Positions 1 through 12,949 are shown, numbered from the stretch's first letter. The stretch is 64,000 bases of DNA from Bacteroidales bacterium (GCA_016937255.1 JAFGWG010000124.1:1706-65705); one strand, 5' to 3'. Notes: generated by a model not told the origin, from the sequence alone. Made by a program: numbers and translations.

Positions 1-72
1 AGGACTGCTTTTTTTATAGGTGGAAATTGCTAGAAGGCTGTTTTTTGAAATTGATTATCAAGCATTTTGCAT

Positions 73-145
73 GCCGATGTAGCTCAGCTGGTAGAGCAGC
101 TGATTTGTAATCAGCAGGTCGGGGGTTCGAGTCCCTTCATCGGCT
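73..145 (+). tRNA. tRNA-Thr (anticodon TGT)
   Basis: Cloverleaf read by eye. Acceptor GCCGATG/CATCGGC, D arm TAGCTCAGCTGGTAGAGC, anticodon stem GCTGA/TCAGC with loop TTTGTAA, GGTTCGAGTCC T-loop. No encoded CCA. Confidence 0.9.
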
Positions 146-161
146 CAGGTGCATCTTATGC

Positions 162-243
162 GGGGAGATTCCAGAGCGGTTAAACGGGGCAGACTGTAAA
201 TCTGTTGGCTAAGCCTTCGGAGGTTCGAATCCTCCTCTCCCCA
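162..243 (+). tRNA. tRNA-Tyr (anticodon GTA), long variable arm
   Basis: Acceptor GGGGAGA/TCTCCCC, anticodon loop CTGTAAA, long extra arm (TGGCTAAGCCTTCGGAGG), GGTTCGAATCC T-loop. Length is 82 nt. Confidence 0.9.
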
Positions 244-254
244 CATATTTTTTA

Positions 255-327
255 GCGGAAGTAGCTCATTTGGTAGAGCGAAAGCCTTCCAAGCTTTAGG
301 TGGCGGGTTCGAGCCCCGTCTTCCGCT
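255..327 (+). tRNA. tRNA-Gly (anticodon TCC)
   Basis: Acceptor GCGGAAG/CTTCCGC, anticodon stem AAAGC/GCTTT with loop CTTCCAA, GGTTCGAGCCC T-loop. Confidence 0.9.
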
Positions 328-335
328 CTATTGAA

Positions 336-407
336 GCCTTTGTAGCTCAGGGGTAGAGCACTTCCTTGGTAAGGAAGGGGTCGCGAGTTCAACTCTCGCC
401 AAAGGCT
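336..407 (+). tRNA. tRNA-Thr (anticodon GGT)
   Basis: Acceptor GCCTTTG/CAAAGGC, anticodon stem CTTCC/GGAAG with loop TTGGTAA, AGTTCAACTCT T-loop. Confidence 0.9.
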
Positions 408-464
408 CTATAATCATTTGCAAAACAGAAGGTTAAAAATAAAATAAAATCAAACGAAAACAAC

Positions 465-1652
465 ATGGCAAAAGAAAAATTCGAACGCAGTAAGCCGCAC
501 CTTAACATAGGTACCATCGGACATGTTGACCATGGTAAAACTACGTTAACGGCTGCGATTACTCTTAACTTGGCAGAAGCCGGTTTATCAGAGTTCCGTT
601 CATTCGATTCTATCGACAATGCTCCTGAGGAGAGAGAAAGAGGTATTACTATTAATACAGCACACGTTGAATATTCGACAGAAAATCGTCATTATGCTCA
701 CGTTGACTGTCCTGGTCATGCCGATTACGTTAAAAACATGGTAACTGGTGCTGCACAGATGGATGGCGCTATTTTGGTTGTTGCTTCTACTGATGGCCCT
801 ATGCCTCAGACTCGTGAACACATCCTTCTTGCCCGTCAGGTTGGTGTACCAACAATTGTTGTATTCATGAATAAAGTTGACTTGGTGGACGACGATGAGC
901 TTCTCGAGCTTGTTGAAATGGATATCAGAGATCTGCTTACATTCTACGGATTCGACGGTGATAATACACCAGTTATTCAAGGGTCAGCTCTTGGTGCGCT
1001 AAACAAAGAGCCAAAATGGGTAGAAAAAGTAATGGAACTCATGAAGGCTGTTGATGAATATATTCCTATTCCTCCACGCGATGTAGATAAAGACTTCCTT
1101 ATGCCAGTAGAAGATGTATTCTCAATTACTGGACGTGGAACTGTTGCTACAGGACGTATTGAACTTGGTGTTATTAATTCAGGGGATCCTGTTGATATCC
1201 TTGGTTTAGGTGCAGAAAAATTGAAATCAGTAGTTACTGGTGTTGAGATGTTTCGTAAGATTCTTGACCGCGGTGAGGCTGGTGACAATGTTGGATTATT
1301 ACTTCGCGGTATTGATAAAAACGAAATCCGCCGTGGTATGGTAATTTCCAAGCCTGGCGCCATCAAACCTCACAAAGAATTCAAAGCTGAGGTTTATATT
1401 CTTAAAAAAGAAGAAGGTGGACGTCACACTCCTTTCCATAATAACTACAGACCTCAGTTCTACTTCCGTACCACTGATGTAACTGGAGAAGTTGTACTTC
1501 CTGATGGTGTTGACATGGTAATGCCTGGTGATAACCTTACCATTAAAGTTAACCTCATTGTTGAAGTTGCAATGAACATGAACCTACGTTTTGCTATCCG
1601 CGAAGGTGGACGCACAGTAGGTGCTGGTCAGGTAACTGAAATTTTAGACTAA
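465..1652 (+). CDS. tuf: Elongation factor Tu
   Basis: 395-aa ORF with [10 protein letters not shown] (G1), DCPGHADY (G3) and NKVD (G4) motifs. It sits after the Thr-Tyr-Gly-Thr tRNA cluster, as in the classical tufB locus. Confidence 0.98.
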   Translation: MAKEKFERSKPHLNIGTIGHVDHGKTTLTAAITLNLAEAGLSEFRSFDSIDNAPEERERGITINTAHVEYSTENRHYAHVDCPGHADYVKNMVTGAAQMDGAILVVASTDGPMPQTREHILLARQVGVPTIVVFMNKVDLVDDDELLELVEMDIRDLLTFYGFDGDNTPVIQGSALGALNKEPKWVEKVMELMKAVDEYIPIPPRDVDKDFLMPVEDVFSITGRGTVATGRIELGVINSGDPVDILGLGAEKLKSVVTGVEMFRKILDRGEAGDNVGLLLRGIDKNEIRRGMVISKPGAIKPHKEFKAEVYILKKEEGGRHTPFHNNYRPQFYFRTTDVTGEVVLPDGVDMVMPGDNLTIKVNLIVEVAMNMNLRFAIREGGRTVGAGQVTEILD

Positions 1653-1665
1653 AACACTTACATAT

Positions 1666-1706
1666 AAATTTGGTATTCGTAGCTCTGGTTACGAATACCA
1701 AATTTT
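1666..1706 (+). terminator. 15-bp perfect hairpin after tuf, abutting tRNA-Trp (terminator or processing hairpin)
   Basis: AAATTTGGTATTCGT (1666-1680) pairs with ACGAATACCAAATTT (1691-1705) across a 10-nt loop. The structure ends in TTTT one nucleotide before the tRNA 5' end. Confidence 0.6.
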
Positions 1707-1779
1707 ACGGGTGTAGCTCAACTGGTAGAGTGGCGGTCTCCAAAACCGTAGGTTGTGGGTTCGATCCCTACCACCCGTG
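1707..1779 (+). tRNA. tRNA-Trp (anticodon CCA)
   Basis: Acceptor ACGGGTG/CACCCGT, anticodon loop CTCCAAA, GGTTCGATCCC T-loop. Confidence 0.9.
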
Positions 1780-1795
1780 CTAATCTTGAAATAAA

Positions 1796-1987
1796 ATGCG
1801 AAAGTTAATAAAAGGTATCAAGGATACAAGAGACGAAATGCTGCACAAAGTAAGTTGGCCAACATGGGCAGATTTACAAGAAAGCTCCATTGTTGTTTCT
1901 GTCGCTTCATTGGTTATTGCAGGAGTTGTTCTAATTATGGACCTCTCTTTTAAGAATATCATGGAGCTAATTTACACCATGTTCTAA
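1796..1987 (+). CDS. secE: Preprotein translocase subunit SecE
   Basis: 63-aa ORF with a single C-terminal TM helix (SIVVSVASLVIAGVVLIMD) and a KVSWPT motif. Its position between tRNA-Trp and nusG is the conserved one. Confidence 0.85.
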   Translation: MRKLIKGIKDTRDEMLHKVSWPTWADLQESSIVVSVASLVIAGVVLIMDLSFKNIMELIYTMF

Positions 1988-2010
1988 ATTTAACTTTACC
2001 CCCCTTTCCA

Positions 2011-2553
2011 ATGAGTGAATCAGTTAAAAAGTGGTATGTTGTTAGGGCTGTAAGCGGAAGCGAGAAAAAAGTCAAGCAATACATCGATAATGAAATTGCC
2101 CGCCACAACCTGCAGGATTATGTTGCGCAGGTGCTAATTCCTATGGAAAAAGTATTTCAGATTCGCAAGGGAAAAAAAATAACAAAAGAGCGTAATTATT
2201 TTCCTGGCTATATTTTAATAGAAGCGGCATTAGATAGCGAAATAATTCACGTTATCCGTAACGTACCTGGCGTCCTTGGATTTGTTGGCTCAAAAGGCGA
2301 AGCTGTTCCAATACGCCAGAATGAAGTGAATAGAATACTCGGAAAAGTTGATGAATTGGCCGACAAAGGAGAAGAAATGTACGAATCCTTTATGGTTGGA
2401 GAAACCGTTCGTGTAATTGACGGTCCATTCAATAGTTTTTCCGGAATTGTAGAAGAAGTTAATGAAGAACGTAAAAAGCTTAAAGTGATGGTAAAGATCT
2501 TTGGGCGTAAAACTCCCCTTGAATTAAGTTTCATGCAGGTTGAGAAAGAATAA
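2011..2553 (+). CDS. nusG: Transcription termination/antitermination factor NusG
   Basis: 180 aa. Has the WYVVRAVSGSEKKV NGN start and a C-terminal KOW segment (GETVRVIDGPFNSFSGIVEEV). Synteny is secE-nusG-rplK. Confidence 0.95.
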   Translation: MSESVKKWYVVRAVSGSEKKVKQYIDNEIARHNLQDYVAQVLIPMEKVFQIRKGKKITKERNYFPGYILIEAALDSEIIHVIRNVPGVLGFVGSKGEAVPIRQNEVNRILGKVDELADKGEEMYESFMVGETVRVIDGPFNSFSGIVEEVNEERKKLKVMVKIFGRKTPLELSFMQVEKE

Positions 2554-2588
2554 TTGCGTTCGCTTGAACATAACTAAAGAAGAAAAAC

Positions 2589-3026
2589 ATGGCAAAAGAA
2601 GTCGTAGGTTTAATTAAACTACAAATTAAAGGAGGTTCTGCAAATCCATCTCCACCCGTAGGCCCTGCATTGGGTGCTAAAGGTGTAAACATCATGGAGT
2701 TTTGCAAACAGTTCAATGCTAGAACGCAGGAACAAGCTGGTAAATTATTGCCAGTAATTATTAATGTATACAAAGATAAGAGCTTTGACTTTATTGTTAA
2801 AACTCCGCCCGTAGCAGTTCAATTGCTTGAAAAGGCCAAAATTCCAAAAGGTTCTGGAGAACCTAACAGGGTGAAAATCGCCTCTGTTTCATGGGATGAT
2901 GTTAAAAGCATTGCCGAAGCAAAAATGGTTGACTTAAACTGCTTTACAGTAGAGTCTGCCATGAGAATGGTTGCTGGTACTGCCCGCAGTATGGGAATCA
3001 AAATTGCAGGCAAAGCGCCATTTTAA
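2589..3026 (+). CDS. rplK: 50S ribosomal protein L11
   Basis: 145 aa. Contains [21 protein letters not shown], the canonical L11 N-terminal signature. Confidence 0.97.
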   Translation: MAKEVVGLIKLQIKGGSANPSPPVGPALGAKGVNIMEFCKQFNARTQEQAGKLLPVIINVYKDKSFDFIVKTPPVAVQLLEKAKIPKGSGEPNRVKIASVSWDDVKSIAEAKMVDLNCFTVESAMRMVAGTARSMGIKIAGKAPF

Positions 3027-3056
3027 TCATTAATTTAAGCTAAGGGAGAAAGAAAA

Positions 3057-3752
3057 ATGGCTACATTAAGCAAAAACAAGAAGAAAATAATAGAGAAACT
3101 CGATAAAAACACGCAATATCCATTAACAGATGCCGTCAAATTGGTGAAAGAAGTAGCTTACTCTAAATTTGATGAATCTGTTGATGTTGCTGTTCGCCTA
3201 GGAGTTGATCCTAGAAAAGCCAATCAGATGGTTCGCGGTACTGTGACGCTTCCGCACGGAACTGGTAAAACCATCAGAGTTTTGGTATTGTGTAATCCTG
3301 ATAAAGAAGCCGAAGCCAAAGAAGGTGGAGCTGATTTTGTAGGATTAGATGATTATATTACCAAGATTAAAGGTGGATGGACAGATTTTGACGTGGTAAT
3401 TACAACACCCAACGTGATGCCTAAAGTAGGGCCTCTTGGTAAAGTCCTCGGTCCTCGTGGATTAATGCCAAACCCGAAAACAGGTACAGTTACTATGGAT
3501 GTCGGTAAGGCAGTACAAGATGTAAAAGCAGGTAAAATTGATTTTAAAGTTGACAAGTATGGTATTATCCACGCTTCCGTCGGAAAAGTGTCTTTTGATG
3601 CTAATAAACTGGAGGATAACACCCGAGAAGTACTTTCATCTATTATGAAATTGAAACCAGCTGCTGCCAAAGGCACATACATGAAGAGTGTTTACTTATC
3701 AAGTACGATGGGACCGGGGATACACGTCGACATTAAAAGTGTCTCCAATTAA
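3057..3752 (+). CDS. rplA: 50S ribosomal protein L1
   Basis: 231 aa. Contains [23 protein letters not shown] and the [15 protein letters not shown] motif. Confidence 0.97.
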   Translation: MATLSKNKKKIIEKLDKNTQYPLTDAVKLVKEVAYSKFDESVDVAVRLGVDPRKANQMVRGTVTLPHGTGKTIRVLVLCNPDKEAEAKEGGADFVGLDDYITKIKGGWTDFDVVITTPNVMPKVGPLGKVLGPRGLMPNPKTGTVTMDVGKAVQDVKAGKIDFKVDKYGIIHASVGKVSFDANKLEDNTREVLSSIMKLKPAAAKGTYMKSVYLSSTMGPGIHVDIKSVSN

Positions 3753-3774
3753 TCATTAATTGAAAGTTCGACCT

Positions 3775-4296
3775 ATGAGAAAGGAAGACAAATACAAACT
3801 CATAGCTGAGATTACAGATTTGGTAAATAACAGCGACGCTATTTATATAGCAGATATTGCCGGCTTTAATGCCGAACAATCATCGTTGTTTCGCCGTCAG
3901 TGTTTCAAAAATGAGGTGAGCTTGAAGGTTGTAAAAAACACCCTTCTGAAAAGAGCAATGGAAGAGGCTGAAAAAGACTATTCAGAGCTCTATCCTATCC
4001 TTACAGGCCCAACTTCGCTAATGTTGTCTAACTCAGCAAAAGCACCCGCCAAGTTGATCAAGGAATTTAGAAAAAAATCTGAAAAACCGATCCTTAAAGG
4101 TGCCTTTGTGATGGATATGACTGTTATCGGAGATGACAAACTCGATTATCTTGTTTCGATTAAATCGAAAGAAGAAGTTATCGGAGATGTTATTGCCGCA
4201 CTGCAATCACCTATCAACAATGTTGTTGGTGCATTGAAATCACAGGGTCAAAAAATTGCCGGTATTTTAGAAACGTTATCGGAGAAGGCCGCCTAA
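3775..4296 (+). CDS. rplJ: 50S ribosomal protein L10
   Basis: The track ORF opens at a TTG (3760). I prefer the ATG at 3775 (MRKEDK...). Position between rplA and rplL fits, and the sequence is L10-like (KVVKNTLLKRA). Confidence 0.9.
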   Translation: MRKEDKYKLIAEITDLVNNSDAIYIADIAGFNAEQSSLFRRQCFKNEVSLKVVKNTLLKRAMEEAEKDYSELYPILTGPTSLMLSNSAKAPAKLIKEFRKKSEKPILKGAFVMDMTVIGDDKLDYLVSIKSKEEVIGDVIAALQSPINNVVGALKSQGQKIAGILETLSEKAA

Positions 4297-4331
4297 TTAT
4301 TAATTGTTAAACCATTAAATCAAATACAAAA

Positions 4332-4706
4332 ATGGCAGACGTAAAAGCACTCGCTGAAGAATTGGTAAACCTAACCGTTAAAGAGGTAAATGAACTAGCT
4401 GGTATTCTTAAAGAAGAATATGGAATTGAGCCAGCTGCCGCAGCTGCAGTAGTAGCCGCAGCTCCTACAGGTGGTGATGCCGCCGTTGAAGAGAAAACCG
4501 AATTTGATGTAATAATCAAAAGCCCCGGTGCTCAAAAATTAGCAGTTGTAAAACTCGTTAAAGAACTCACTAGTCTTGGACTAAAAGAAGCCAAAGAACT
4601 TGTTGATTCTGCTCCTAGCGCACTTAAGGAAGGAATCTCAAAGGATGAGGCCGAAGCTCTTAAAAAGTCTCTTGAAGAGGCAGGAGCTGAAATTGAACTT
4701 AAATAG
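4332..4706 (+). CDS. rplL: 50S ribosomal protein L7/L12
   Basis: 124 aa. Has an Ala-rich hinge ([16 protein letters not shown]) and the C-terminal motif [19 protein letters not shown]. Confidence 0.97.
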   Translation: MADVKALAEELVNLTVKEVNELAGILKEEYGIEPAAAAAVVAAAPTGGDAAVEEKTEFDVIIKSPGAQKLAVVKLVKELTSLGLKEAKELVDSAPSALKEGISKDEAEALKKSLEEAGAEIELK

Positions 4707-4729
4707 TTTCAGTTTTTTAATACGTGGTT

Positions 4730-4770
4730 AAGACCTCTTTCTAAGGATTGAGGTCTTTGCCCGTTTTATG
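4730..4770 (+). terminator. Hairpin between rplL and rpoB (candidate attenuator)
   Basis: AAGACCTC (4730-4737) pairs with GAGGTCTT (4750-4757), followed by TGCCCGTTTT. An rplL-rpoB attenuator is established in E. coli; applying that role here is inference. Confidence 0.5.
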
Positions 4771-4811
4771 TAGCAATACATAATTTATTCAGGGTTATTA
4801 GTCGCAAAACA

Positions 4812-7800
4812 TTGACAATCAGTAATATGTCTAAAAGAATAAACTTCGCTTCAACCACCCAGCCGGAATATCCGGATTTATTAGAAATTCAGCTCAAATC
4901 ATTTCAGGACTTTTTCCAAATAGGAACTACTCCCGACAATCGTAAAGATGAAGGTCTTTACAAAGTTTTCGCCGAGAATTTCCCTATCACCGATGCCAGA
5001 AATAACTTCGTACTGGAGTTTTTGGATTATTATATCGACCCGCCTCGATACAGCATTGAAGAATGCTTCGAAAGAGGGTTGACGTATTCGGTTCCTCTGA
5101 AAGCTAAACTTAAACTGTATTGTACAGATCCTGAGCATGAAGATTTTGAGACCATTACACAGGATGTGTATCTGGGAATGATTCCTTACATGTCACCCAA
5201 AGGAACTTTCGTAATCAACGGTGCAGAACGTGTTGTTGTTTCTCAGCTTCACAGAAGTCCTGGTGTATTTTTCGGTTCCAGCCGCCATCCAAATGGTAGC
5301 ATTCTTTATTCGGCTAGGATCATTCCTTTCAAAGGTTCTTGGATGGAGTTCGCAACAGACATTCATAATGTCATGTATGCATACATTGATCGGAAAAAGA
5401 AATTACCGGTTACCACTTTGCTTAGAGCGCTTAGCTTTGAGTCTGATAAGCAGATTCTTGAGCTTTTTGACTTGGCAGAAGAAATTAAAGTTTCCAAAAC
5501 GGCCCTTAAAAAACATATTGGTCGCAAACTCGCGGCTCGTGTTGTTAAAACTTGGGTAGAAGATTTTGTAGATGAAGATACTGGAGAAGTAGTTTCCATT
5601 GAAAGAACTGAAGTGATTCTGGAGCGTGAAACTATTCTCGAAAATCAGCATATAGATGAAATATTTAACAGCGGTGTAAAAACCATATTGCTGCATAAAG
5701 AAGATCATGCTAATGCCGATTACAGTGTAATCTTCAATACTTTACAAAAAGATACGGCAAACAACGAAAAGGAAGCTGTTGAATTTATTTACCGTCAGCT
5801 GCGTAACGCTGAACCACCCGATGAAGAAACGGCACGTGGTATTATTGAAAAACTGTTTTTCAGTGACAAACGCTACGATTTAGGGGAGGTTGGAAGATAC
5901 AGAATCAACAGAAAGCTTAATCGCAGTACTGCTAAGTTGGAAGACCGTGTTTTAACTAAAGATGATATCATTGATATTATCAAACATCTTGTAGAGCTTA
6001 TTAATAGCAAAACAGATGTTGATGACATTGATCACTTAAGTAACCGCCGTGTAAGAACGGTTGGAGAACAACTTTATACTCAGTTTGGTGTGGGTCTTGC
6101 ACGTATGGCCAGAACCATTCGTGAAAGAATGAATGTACGCGACAATGAGGTCTTTAAGCCTATAGATCTGATTAACGCTAAAACCCTTTCATCGGTTATT
6201 AACTCATTCTTTGGAACCAACCAGCTGTCGCAGTTTATGGATCAAACCAATCCTTTGTCTGAAATCACTCATAAAAGAAGGATTTCTGCTTTAGGACCAG
6301 GTGGTTTGTCTCGTGAAAGAGCAGGTTTTGAAGTTCGTGACGTTCATTATACTCATTATGGCCGTTTATGTACTATCGAAACGCCGGAAGGACCAAACAT
6401 TGGTCTGATTTCATCGCTTTGTGTTTACGCAAAAATAAATGATCTTGGTTTTATCGAAACCCCATATAGAGATGTAAAAGAAGGTGTGGTTGATCTTAAA
6501 ACCAAACCTATTTATCTTTCTGCTGAGGATGAAGAGAATAGAATCATTGCACAGGCAAATGCGCCCATTGATGCAAAAGGTAATTTTATAAATGATCGTA
6601 TTAAATCTCGTTATTTGGCCGACTATCCTATCGTTGAAAGAAAAGAAGTTGACCTTATGGACGTAGCGACCAACCAAATTGCATCTATTGCAGCATCGCT
6701 TATTCCGTTTTTGGAGCACGATGATGCAAACCGTGCATTGATGGGATCAAACATGATGCGTCAGGCAGTTCCTCTAATTACTCCAGAATCTCCGATTGTT
6801 GGAACTGGACTGGAAGAGCGTGTTGCTGCCGATAGTCGTGTTTTGATTAATTCAGAAGGTGAGGGCGTTGTAGAATATGTGGATGCCAAGAAAATTATCA
6901 TCCGCTACAACAGAAGTGAAGAGGAAAAACTCTTGTCTTTTGAAGATGATATCAGAACATATCATCTCACCAAATTCATGAAAACCAACCAAAGTACTAC
7001 TGTTAATCTTAAGCCCATCGTTCGCAAAGGTGAAAAGGTGAGAAAAGGACAGGTCTTGTGCGAAGGTTATGCCACTGATCAGGGTGAAATCGCCATGGGT
7101 CGTAATCTTGTGGTAGCTTTCATGCCTTGGAAAGGGTATAATTTTGAGGATGCTATCGTGATTTCCGAGCGTGTTGTTCGTGAAGATGTATTTTCCTCAA
7201 TACATATTGAAGAGTTTGTAATGGAAGTTCGTGATACTAAACGTGGTATTGAAGAACTTACCAACGACATCCCTAATGTTAGCCAAGAAGCAATACGCAA
7301 CCTCGATGCTAACGGTCTTATTCGTGTAGGTGCCGAAGTTAACGAAGGCGATATTCTAATTGGAAAAATTACGCCTAAAGGTGAAACAGATCCTACTCCT
7401 GAAGAAAAACTGCTGCGTGCAATTTTTGGTGATAAAGCCGGTGATGTAAAAGATGCATCGCTTAAAGCTTCACCTGGTGTAAACGGTGTGGTTATTGAGA
7501 AAAAACTCTTCAGTAGAGCTATTAAAGATAAAAAAGCAAAGAGTAAGGAAAAAGCACTGATTGAACAATTGCAAAATGAGTTTGAATATCAGGCTTCTGA
7601 GCTGAAGAAAAATTTGATTGAGAAATTGAATGTTCTTACAAAAGGGCTAACTTCCAGCGGCGTAATTAATAATTTGCGTCAGGAAATCATTCCTAAAGGA
7701 ACTAAATTTTCTCCAAAAATCTTAGCAAATCTCGATTATATTGCTATTGTTCCTACCAATTGGACTAGTAATAAAGATGTTAATTTAAACATTCTTACCC

Positions 7801-8621
7801 TGCTGAATAACTACGAGATTAAATACAAAGAGTATCTCGGTATACATCAAAGAAAAAAATTCGTTGCCAGTGTTGGAGATGAATTACCTGCAGGAATTGT
7901 TCAGCTTGCCAAAGTCTATATTGCTAAAAAACGCAAATTGCGTGTTGGTGATAAGATGGCAGGTCGTCATGGTAACAAAGGTATTGTTGCAAGAATTGTT
8001 CGCGATGAAGATATGCCTTTCCTTGCTGATGGAAGCCCGGTCGACATTGTCCTTAACCCACTTGGCGTGCCAAGTCGTATGAATTTGGGTCAGATTTATG
8101 AAACAGTTTTGGGTTGGGCCGGTTTAAAAACAGGCGAGAAATTTGCAACTCCTATTTTCGACGGAGCTTCTGTTGAAGAAATCAATGACTATATTGAAAA
8201 AGCAGGTTTGCCTAAAAACGGACAGGTTTATCTCTATGATGGAGAAACCGGAATTCGTTTTGATCAACCCGCAACCGTTGGTGTAATTTACATGATGAAA
8301 CTGCATCACCTTGTTGATGATAAGATGCATGCACGTTCTATCGGCCCCTACTCACTCATTACGCAACAGCCATTAGGTGGTAAAGCACAATTTGGTGGAC
8401 AGCGTTTTGGAGAGATGGAAGTCTGGGCACTTGAAGCATTTGGTGCTGCCCATATATTACGTGAAATTTTGACTGTAAAATCCGATGATGTTCTTGGTCG
8501 TGCCAAGGCATATGAGGCAATTGTTAAAGGTGAAAGTATGCCAAAACCAGGTATTCCAGAATCTTTCAATGTATTGGTTCATGAACTCAAAGGATTGGGT
8601 CTAAACGTAAGTTTTGAATAA
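4812..8621 (+). CDS. rpoB: DNA-directed RNA polymerase subunit beta
   Basis: 1269-aa ORF with conserved blocks [28 protein letters not shown] and [15 protein letters not shown]. The track start is TTG at 4812; the ATG at 4827 (MSKRINF) is an equally plausible start. Confidence 0.98.
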   Translation: MTISNMSKRINFASTTQPEYPDLLEIQLKSFQDFFQIGTTPDNRKDEGLYKVFAENFPITDARNNFVLEFLDYYIDPPRYSIEECFERGLTYSVPLKAKLKLYCTDPEHEDFETITQDVYLGMIPYMSPKGTFVINGAERVVVSQLHRSPGVFFGSSRHPNGSILYSARIIPFKGSWMEFATDIHNVMYAYIDRKKKLPVTTLLRALSFESDKQILELFDLAEEIKVSKTALKKHIGRKLAARVVKTWVEDFVDEDTGEVVSIERTEVILERETILENQHIDEIFNSGVKTILLHKEDHANADYSVIFNTLQKDTANNEKEAVEFIYRQLRNAEPPDEETARGIIEKLFFSDKRYDLGEVGRYRINRKLNRSTAKLEDRVLTKDDIIDIIKHLVELINSKTDVDDIDHLSNRRVRTVGEQLYTQFGVGLARMARTIRERMNVRDNEVFKPIDLINAKTLSSVINSFFGTNQLSQFMDQTNPLSEITHKRRISALGPGGLSRERAGFEVRDVHYTHYGRLCTIETPEGPNIGLISSLCVYAKINDLGFIETPYRDVKEGVVDLKTKPIYLSAEDEENRIIAQANAPIDAKGNFINDRIKSRYLADYPIVERKEVDLMDVATNQIASIAASLIPFLEHDDANRALMGSNMMRQAVPLITPESPIVGTGLEERVAADSRVLINSEGEGVVEYVDAKKIIIRYNRSEEEKLLSFEDDIRTYHLTKFMKTNQSTTVNLKPIVRKGEKVRKGQVLCEGYATDQGEIAMGRNLVVAFMPWKGYNFEDAIVISERVVREDVFSSIHIEEFVMEVRDTKRGIEELTNDIPNVSQEAIRNLDANGLIRVGAEVNEGDILIGKITPKGETDPTPEEKLLRAIFGDKAGDVKDASLKASPGVNGVVIEKKLFSRAIKDKKAKSKEKALIEQLQNEFEYQASELKKNLIEKLNVLTKGLTSSGVINNLRQEIIPKGTKFSPKILANLDYIAIVPTNWTSNKDVNLNILTLLNNYEIKYKEYLGIHQRKKFVASVGDELPAGIVQLAKVYIAKKRKLRVGDKMAGRHGNKGIVARIVRDEDMPFLADGSPVDIVLNPLGVPSRMNLGQIYETVLGWAGLKTGEKFATPIFDGASVEEINDYIEKAGLPKNGQVYLYDGETGIRFDQPATVGVIYMMKLHHLVDDKMHARSIGPYSLITQQPLGGKAQFGGQRFGEMEVWALEAFGAAHILREILTVKSDDVLGRAKAYEAIVKGESMPKPGIPESFNVLVHELKGLGLNVSFE

Positions 8622-8656
8622 TAACATAGTATCCATTAACTGAAATATATCGTTAT

Positions 8657-11600
8657 ATGGCATTCAGAAGAGAAAACGCTCCTAAGAGCACTTTTTCAAG
8701 CATAATCATCAGTCTGGCTTCTCCCGAGAAAATCCTTGAGATGTCTCATGGAGAAGTGACCAAGCCTGAAACTATTAATTACAGGACATACAAACCCGAA
8801 CGCGATGGATTATTCTGTGAGCGTATTTTCGGGCCTGTTAAGGATTACGAATGTCACTGTGGAAAATACAAGCGTATTCGCTATAAGGGAATCGTTTGTG
8901 ACCGCTGTGGTGTTGAAGTAACGGAAAAGAAAGTCCGCAGGGAACGGATGGGCCACATTCAGCTTGTTGTTCCTGTAGCGCATATCTGGTTTTTTCGCTC
9001 ACTTCCTAATAAAATTGGAGCCCTGTTAGGTATTCCTACTAAAAAACTCGAGCAGATTATATATTACGAAAAGTATGTTGTAATCAACCCGGGAATTAAA
9101 GAAGAAGAAGGGGTAAACCAACTCGATTTCTTAAGTGAGGAAGAATATTTCGAGATTCTGGAAACATTGCCCAGAGAAAATCAGGCGCTTGACAATGATG
9201 ACCCTCAGAAATTTATTGCCAAAATGGGTGGTGAAGCTTTGCAGGATTTACTCGGACGTCTCGATCTTGATGAACTTTCATACAGTTTGCGTCATCGTGC
9301 CAATACAGAAACTTCTCAGCAAAGAAAAGCCGATGTTTTGAAGCGTTTGCAAGTTGTTGAGTCTTTCCGCGATGGACAAACACGTATCAACAATAATCCA
9401 GAATGGATGATTGTTAAAGTTGTTCCTGTTATTCCACCAGAACTTCGTCCTTTAGTACCCCTTGATGGTGGTCGTTTTGCATCTTCCGATCTTAACGATC
9501 TCTACCGTCGTGTTATTATCCGCAATAATCGCCTAAAACGCCTAATCGAAATCAAGGCTCCTGACGTGATTCTTCGCAACGAAAAACGTATGCTTCAGGA
9601 ATCTGTTGATAGTCTTTTCGATAACAGCCGCAAGGTAAATGCTGTAAAAACCGAATCAAATCGGGCACTTAAATCTCTTTCAGATAGCCTTAAAGGTAAG
9701 CAAGGACGTTTTCGCCAGAACCTACTTGGTAAACGTGTCGATTATTCAGGTCGTTCGGTAATTGTGGTTGGTCCTGAATTGAAACTTAATGAGTGTGGTT
9801 TACCTAAAGAAATGGCTTCTGAGCTCTTTAAGCCATTTATTATTCGCAAAATGCTCGAAAGAGGCATTGTGAAAACGGTAAAATCTGCTAAAAAGATTGT
9901 TGATCGTAAAGATCCTGTAGTTTGGGATATACTTGAAAACGTATTAAAAGGTCATCCTGTTCTGCTCAACCGTGCTCCTACTTTGCATCGATTGGGTATT
10001 CAGGCATTCCAACCCAAGCTTATTGAAGGGAAAGCCATTCAATTACACCCTCTCGTTTGTACAGCGTTCAATGCTGACTTTGATGGTGACCAAATGGCTG
10101 TTCACGTTCCATTAGGTAATGAGGCAGTGTTAGAAGCTCAGTTGCTCATGCTAGCATCTCATAATATTCTTAATCCTGCCAATGGTGCTCCTATTGCCGT
10201 TCCTTCTCAGGACATGGTACTTGGTCTTTATTATATGACCAAAGGTCGCCCTAGTACTAAAGACAATAAAACACCAGGAGAAGGAATTACTTTCTATTCT
10301 GCACAAGAAGTAATCATTGCGTATAATGAAGGGAGAGCTAATCTTCATGCAATTATTAAGTTGCGTTTGGTTGATGACGAAGGTAAAACCAATATTATTG
10401 AAACTACCGTTGGTCGTGTGCTTTTCAATCAAGTGGTTCCCAAGAGAGTTCCTTATATCAATACACTGCTGACTAAAAAAGCATTGCGTGATATCATTGG
10501 AACTGTTTTGAAACTAACCAGCAATGTTGAAGCGGCTAATTTCCTCGACGATATTAAGGGTCTTGGATTTAGAATGGCTTTTACTGGTGGACTTTCCTTT
10601 AATCTTGGTGATATTATTATCCCGAAAGAAAAAGCCATACTTATTGGTGCAGCCAATACTGAGGTAGAAGAAGTGATGAATAATTATAATATGGGATTCA
10701 TTACCAATAACGAACGATACAACCAGATTATTGATATCTGGACTCATACCAACTCAAATCTCACCAAAATTCTTATTGATAAACTCTCTAAGGATAAAGA
10801 TGGTTTCAACCCTGTGTATATGATGCTTGATTCGGGTGCTCGTGGATCAAAAGAACAGATTCGTCAGCTATCTGGTATGCGTGGTCTGATGGCCAAGCCT
10901 CAAAAATCAGGTGCAACAGGTGGAGAGATTATTGAGAATCCAATTTTGTCAAACTTCAAAGAGGGTCTTTCGGTACTTGAATATTTTATTTCTACTCACG
11001 GTGCGCGTAAAGGTCTTGCTGATACTGCTCTTAAAACTGCTGATGCTGGTTATCTGACTCGTCGATTGGTTGACGTTGCTCAGGATGTAATTATTATGGA
11101 AGATGATTGCGGTACATTAAGAGGATTGATAGTAAGTGCGTTGAAGAAAAACGAGGAAATCGTTGAGTCATTGTATGAGAGAATTCTTGGACGTACTACT
11201 TTACACGATGTGTATCATCCGAATACAGGTGAGCTAATTGCACCTGCCGGAGCAGAGCTTACTGAAGACTTATCAAGAATTATTGATGACAGTCCAATTG
11301 AAGAGATAGAAATTCGTTCTGTACTTACCTGTGAATCTAAGCGTGGAGTTTGTGCCAATTGTTATGGCCGAAATCTTGCAAACGGACGTATGGTACAAAC
11401 CGGAGAAGCTGTTGGAGTAATTGCTGCACAATCTATCGGGGAACCGGGAACTCAGCTTACCCTTCGTACTTTCCACATTGGGGGTGCTGCTTCCAACGTA
11501 ACTATCAATAGTAAAATTGATGCCAAATACGATGGTATTCTTGAAATTGACGAGCTCCGATTCCTGAAAAAGAAAAACGATGAAGGAAAAGAAGCAATGA

Positions 11601-12949
11601 TGGTTATGGGTCGTTCTGCTGAAATGAAAATTCTCGACAAAAAGACTTCTATTGTACTACAATCTGCGAACATTCCTTACGGATCAACATTGTATTTCAA
11701 AACTGGACATGAAGTCAGCAAAGGAGATCTTATTTGCGAATGGGATCCTTATAACGCTGTTATTCTTTCAGATACTGCCGGTAAAGTCGCTTTTGAAGAC
11801 ATCATTGAAGGTGTAACTTTTCGTGAAGAATCTGACGAACAAACTGGATATCACGATAAAGTAATTATCGAAGCCAGGCAGAAAAACAAGAACCCTCATC
11901 TTAAAGTGATGTCTTCAACTAAAGAAGAGCTAAAGCGCTTTGACATTCCAGTAGGCGCCCATCTTATGATAGATGAAGGAACGAGTATTAAGCCCGGAGA
12001 TATTCTTGCAAAAATTCCGAGAACTATTGGTAAAGCTGGTGATATCACTGGTGGTTTGCCACGAGTAACCGAACTTTTTGAAGCAAGAAATCCTTCTGAA
12101 CCTGCAGTTGTTGCTGAAATTGATGGTATTGTTAGTTTTGGCCCTAAGTTGAAACGTGGTAATAAGGAAGTAATCATTACCTCTAAAACCAATGAGGAAA
12201 AACGCTATCTGATTTCAACAACAAAACAAATTCTGGCTCAAGAAAATGACTTTGTAAAAGCAGGTACTTCTTTATCTGATGGAGCATTTTCACCTGCTGA
12301 TATTCTTGCTATTAAAGGACCTACAAAGGTTCAGGAATATTTGGTTAACGAAGTTCAGGAAGTGTATCGTTTACAGGGTGTGAAAATTAACGACAAGCAT
12401 TTTGAGGTGATTGTTCGCCAAATGATGCGTAAGGTTAATATCATGGATCCAGGCGACACTCGTTTTCTTGAGAATGAGATTGTAAATAAACTCGACTTTC
12501 AAGAAGAAAATGATAATATTTTCAACAAAAAAGTTATTGAGGATCCAGGCGATAGCGAAAATTTGAAATCAGGTCAAATAGTATCTGCCAGAAAACTTCG
12601 CGACGAAAATTCTCTGCTTCGTAGAAAAGACAGAAAAGTTATTGAAGCAAGAGATGCACAACCTGCAACTGCTCGTCAAATACTTCAGGGTATTACACGT
12701 GCTGCGCTGCAAACCGAAAGTATGCTGTCAGCTGCTTCCTTCCAGGAAACGACTAAAGTACTTACCGATGCGGCAATTAATGCAAAACGTGATACACTAA
12801 ATGGTCTGAAAGAAAATGTTATCGTTGGTCACCTTATTCCTGCTGGAACAGGTCTGCGCTGTTACGATGATTTAGTTGTTGGATCATTGGAAGAATACGA
12901 AAAACTTATGGCCTCGAAAGAGGAAGAAGAAATCCTTGAAAATAATTAA
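8657..12949 (+). CDS. rpoC: DNA-directed RNA polymerase subunit beta'
   Basis: 1430 aa. Has the zinc-binding [20 protein letters not shown] segment and the catalytic [12 protein letters not shown] motif. Confidence 0.98.
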   Translation: MAFRRENAPKSTFSSIIISLASPEKILEMSHGEVTKPETINYRTYKPERDGLFCERIFGPVKDYECHCGKYKRIRYKGIVCDRCGVEVTEKKVRRERMGHIQLVVPVAHIWFFRSLPNKIGALLGIPTKKLEQIIYYEKYVVINPGIKEEEGVNQLDFLSEEEYFEILETLPRENQALDNDDPQKFIAKMGGEALQDLLGRLDLDELSYSLRHRANTETSQQRKADVLKRLQVVESFRDGQTRINNNPEWMIVKVVPVIPPELRPLVPLDGGRFASSDLNDLYRRVIIRNNRLKRLIEIKAPDVILRNEKRMLQESVDSLFDNSRKVNAVKTESNRALKSLSDSLKGKQGRFRQNLLGKRVDYSGRSVIVVGPELKLNECGLPKEMASELFKPFIIRKMLERGIVKTVKSAKKIVDRKDPVVWDILENVLKGHPVLLNRAPTLHRLGIQAFQPKLIEGKAIQLHPLVCTAFNADFDGDQMAVHVPLGNEAVLEAQLLMLASHNILNPANGAPIAVPSQDMVLGLYYMTKGRPSTKDNKTPGEGITFYSAQEVIIAYNEGRANLHAIIKLRLVDDEGKTNIIETTVGRVLFNQVVPKRVPYINTLLTKKALRDIIGTVLKLTSNVEAANFLDDIKGLGFRMAFTGGLSFNLGDIIIPKEKAILIGAANTEVEEVMNNYNMGFITNNERYNQIIDIWTHTNSNLTKILIDKLSKDKDGFNPVYMMLDSGARGSKEQIRQLSGMRGLMAKPQKSGATGGEIIENPILSNFKEGLSVLEYFISTHGARKGLADTALKTADAGYLTRRLVDVAQDVIIMEDDCGTLRGLIVSALKKNEEIVESLYERILGRTTLHDVYHPNTGELIAPAGAELTEDLSRIIDDSPIEEIEIRSVLTCESKRGVCANCYGRNLANGRMVQTGEAVGVIAAQSIGEPGTQLTLRTFHIGGAASNVTINSKIDAKYDGILEIDELRFLKKKNDEGKEAMMVMGRSAEMKILDKKTSIVLQSANIPYGSTLYFKTGHEVSKGDLICEWDPYNAVILSDTAGKVAFEDIIEGVTFREESDEQTGYHDKVIIEARQKNKNPHLKVMSSTKEELKRFDIPVGAHLMIDEGTSIKPGDILAKIPRTIGKAGDITGGLPRVTELFEARNPSEPAVVAEIDGIVSFGPKLKRGNKEVIITSKTNEEKRYLISTTKQILAQENDFVKAGTSLSDGAFSPADILAIKGPTKVQEYLVNEVQEVYRLQGVKINDKHFEVIVRQMMRKVNIMDPGDTRFLENEIVNKLDFQEENDNIFNKKVIEDPGDSENLKSGQIVSARKLRDENSLLRRKDRKVIEARDAQPATARQILQGITRAALQTESMLSAASFQETTKVLTDAAINAKRDTLNGLKENVIVGHLIPAGTGLRCYDDLVVGSLEEYEKLMASKEEEEILENN

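Noticed and set aside
5221-8569. Multiple 60-112-aa alternative-frame ORFs inside rpoB, with similar ones inside rpoC, mutS, gatE and the TBDR gene
   Set aside because: All are nested in strongly supported long CDSs and have no independent evidence.
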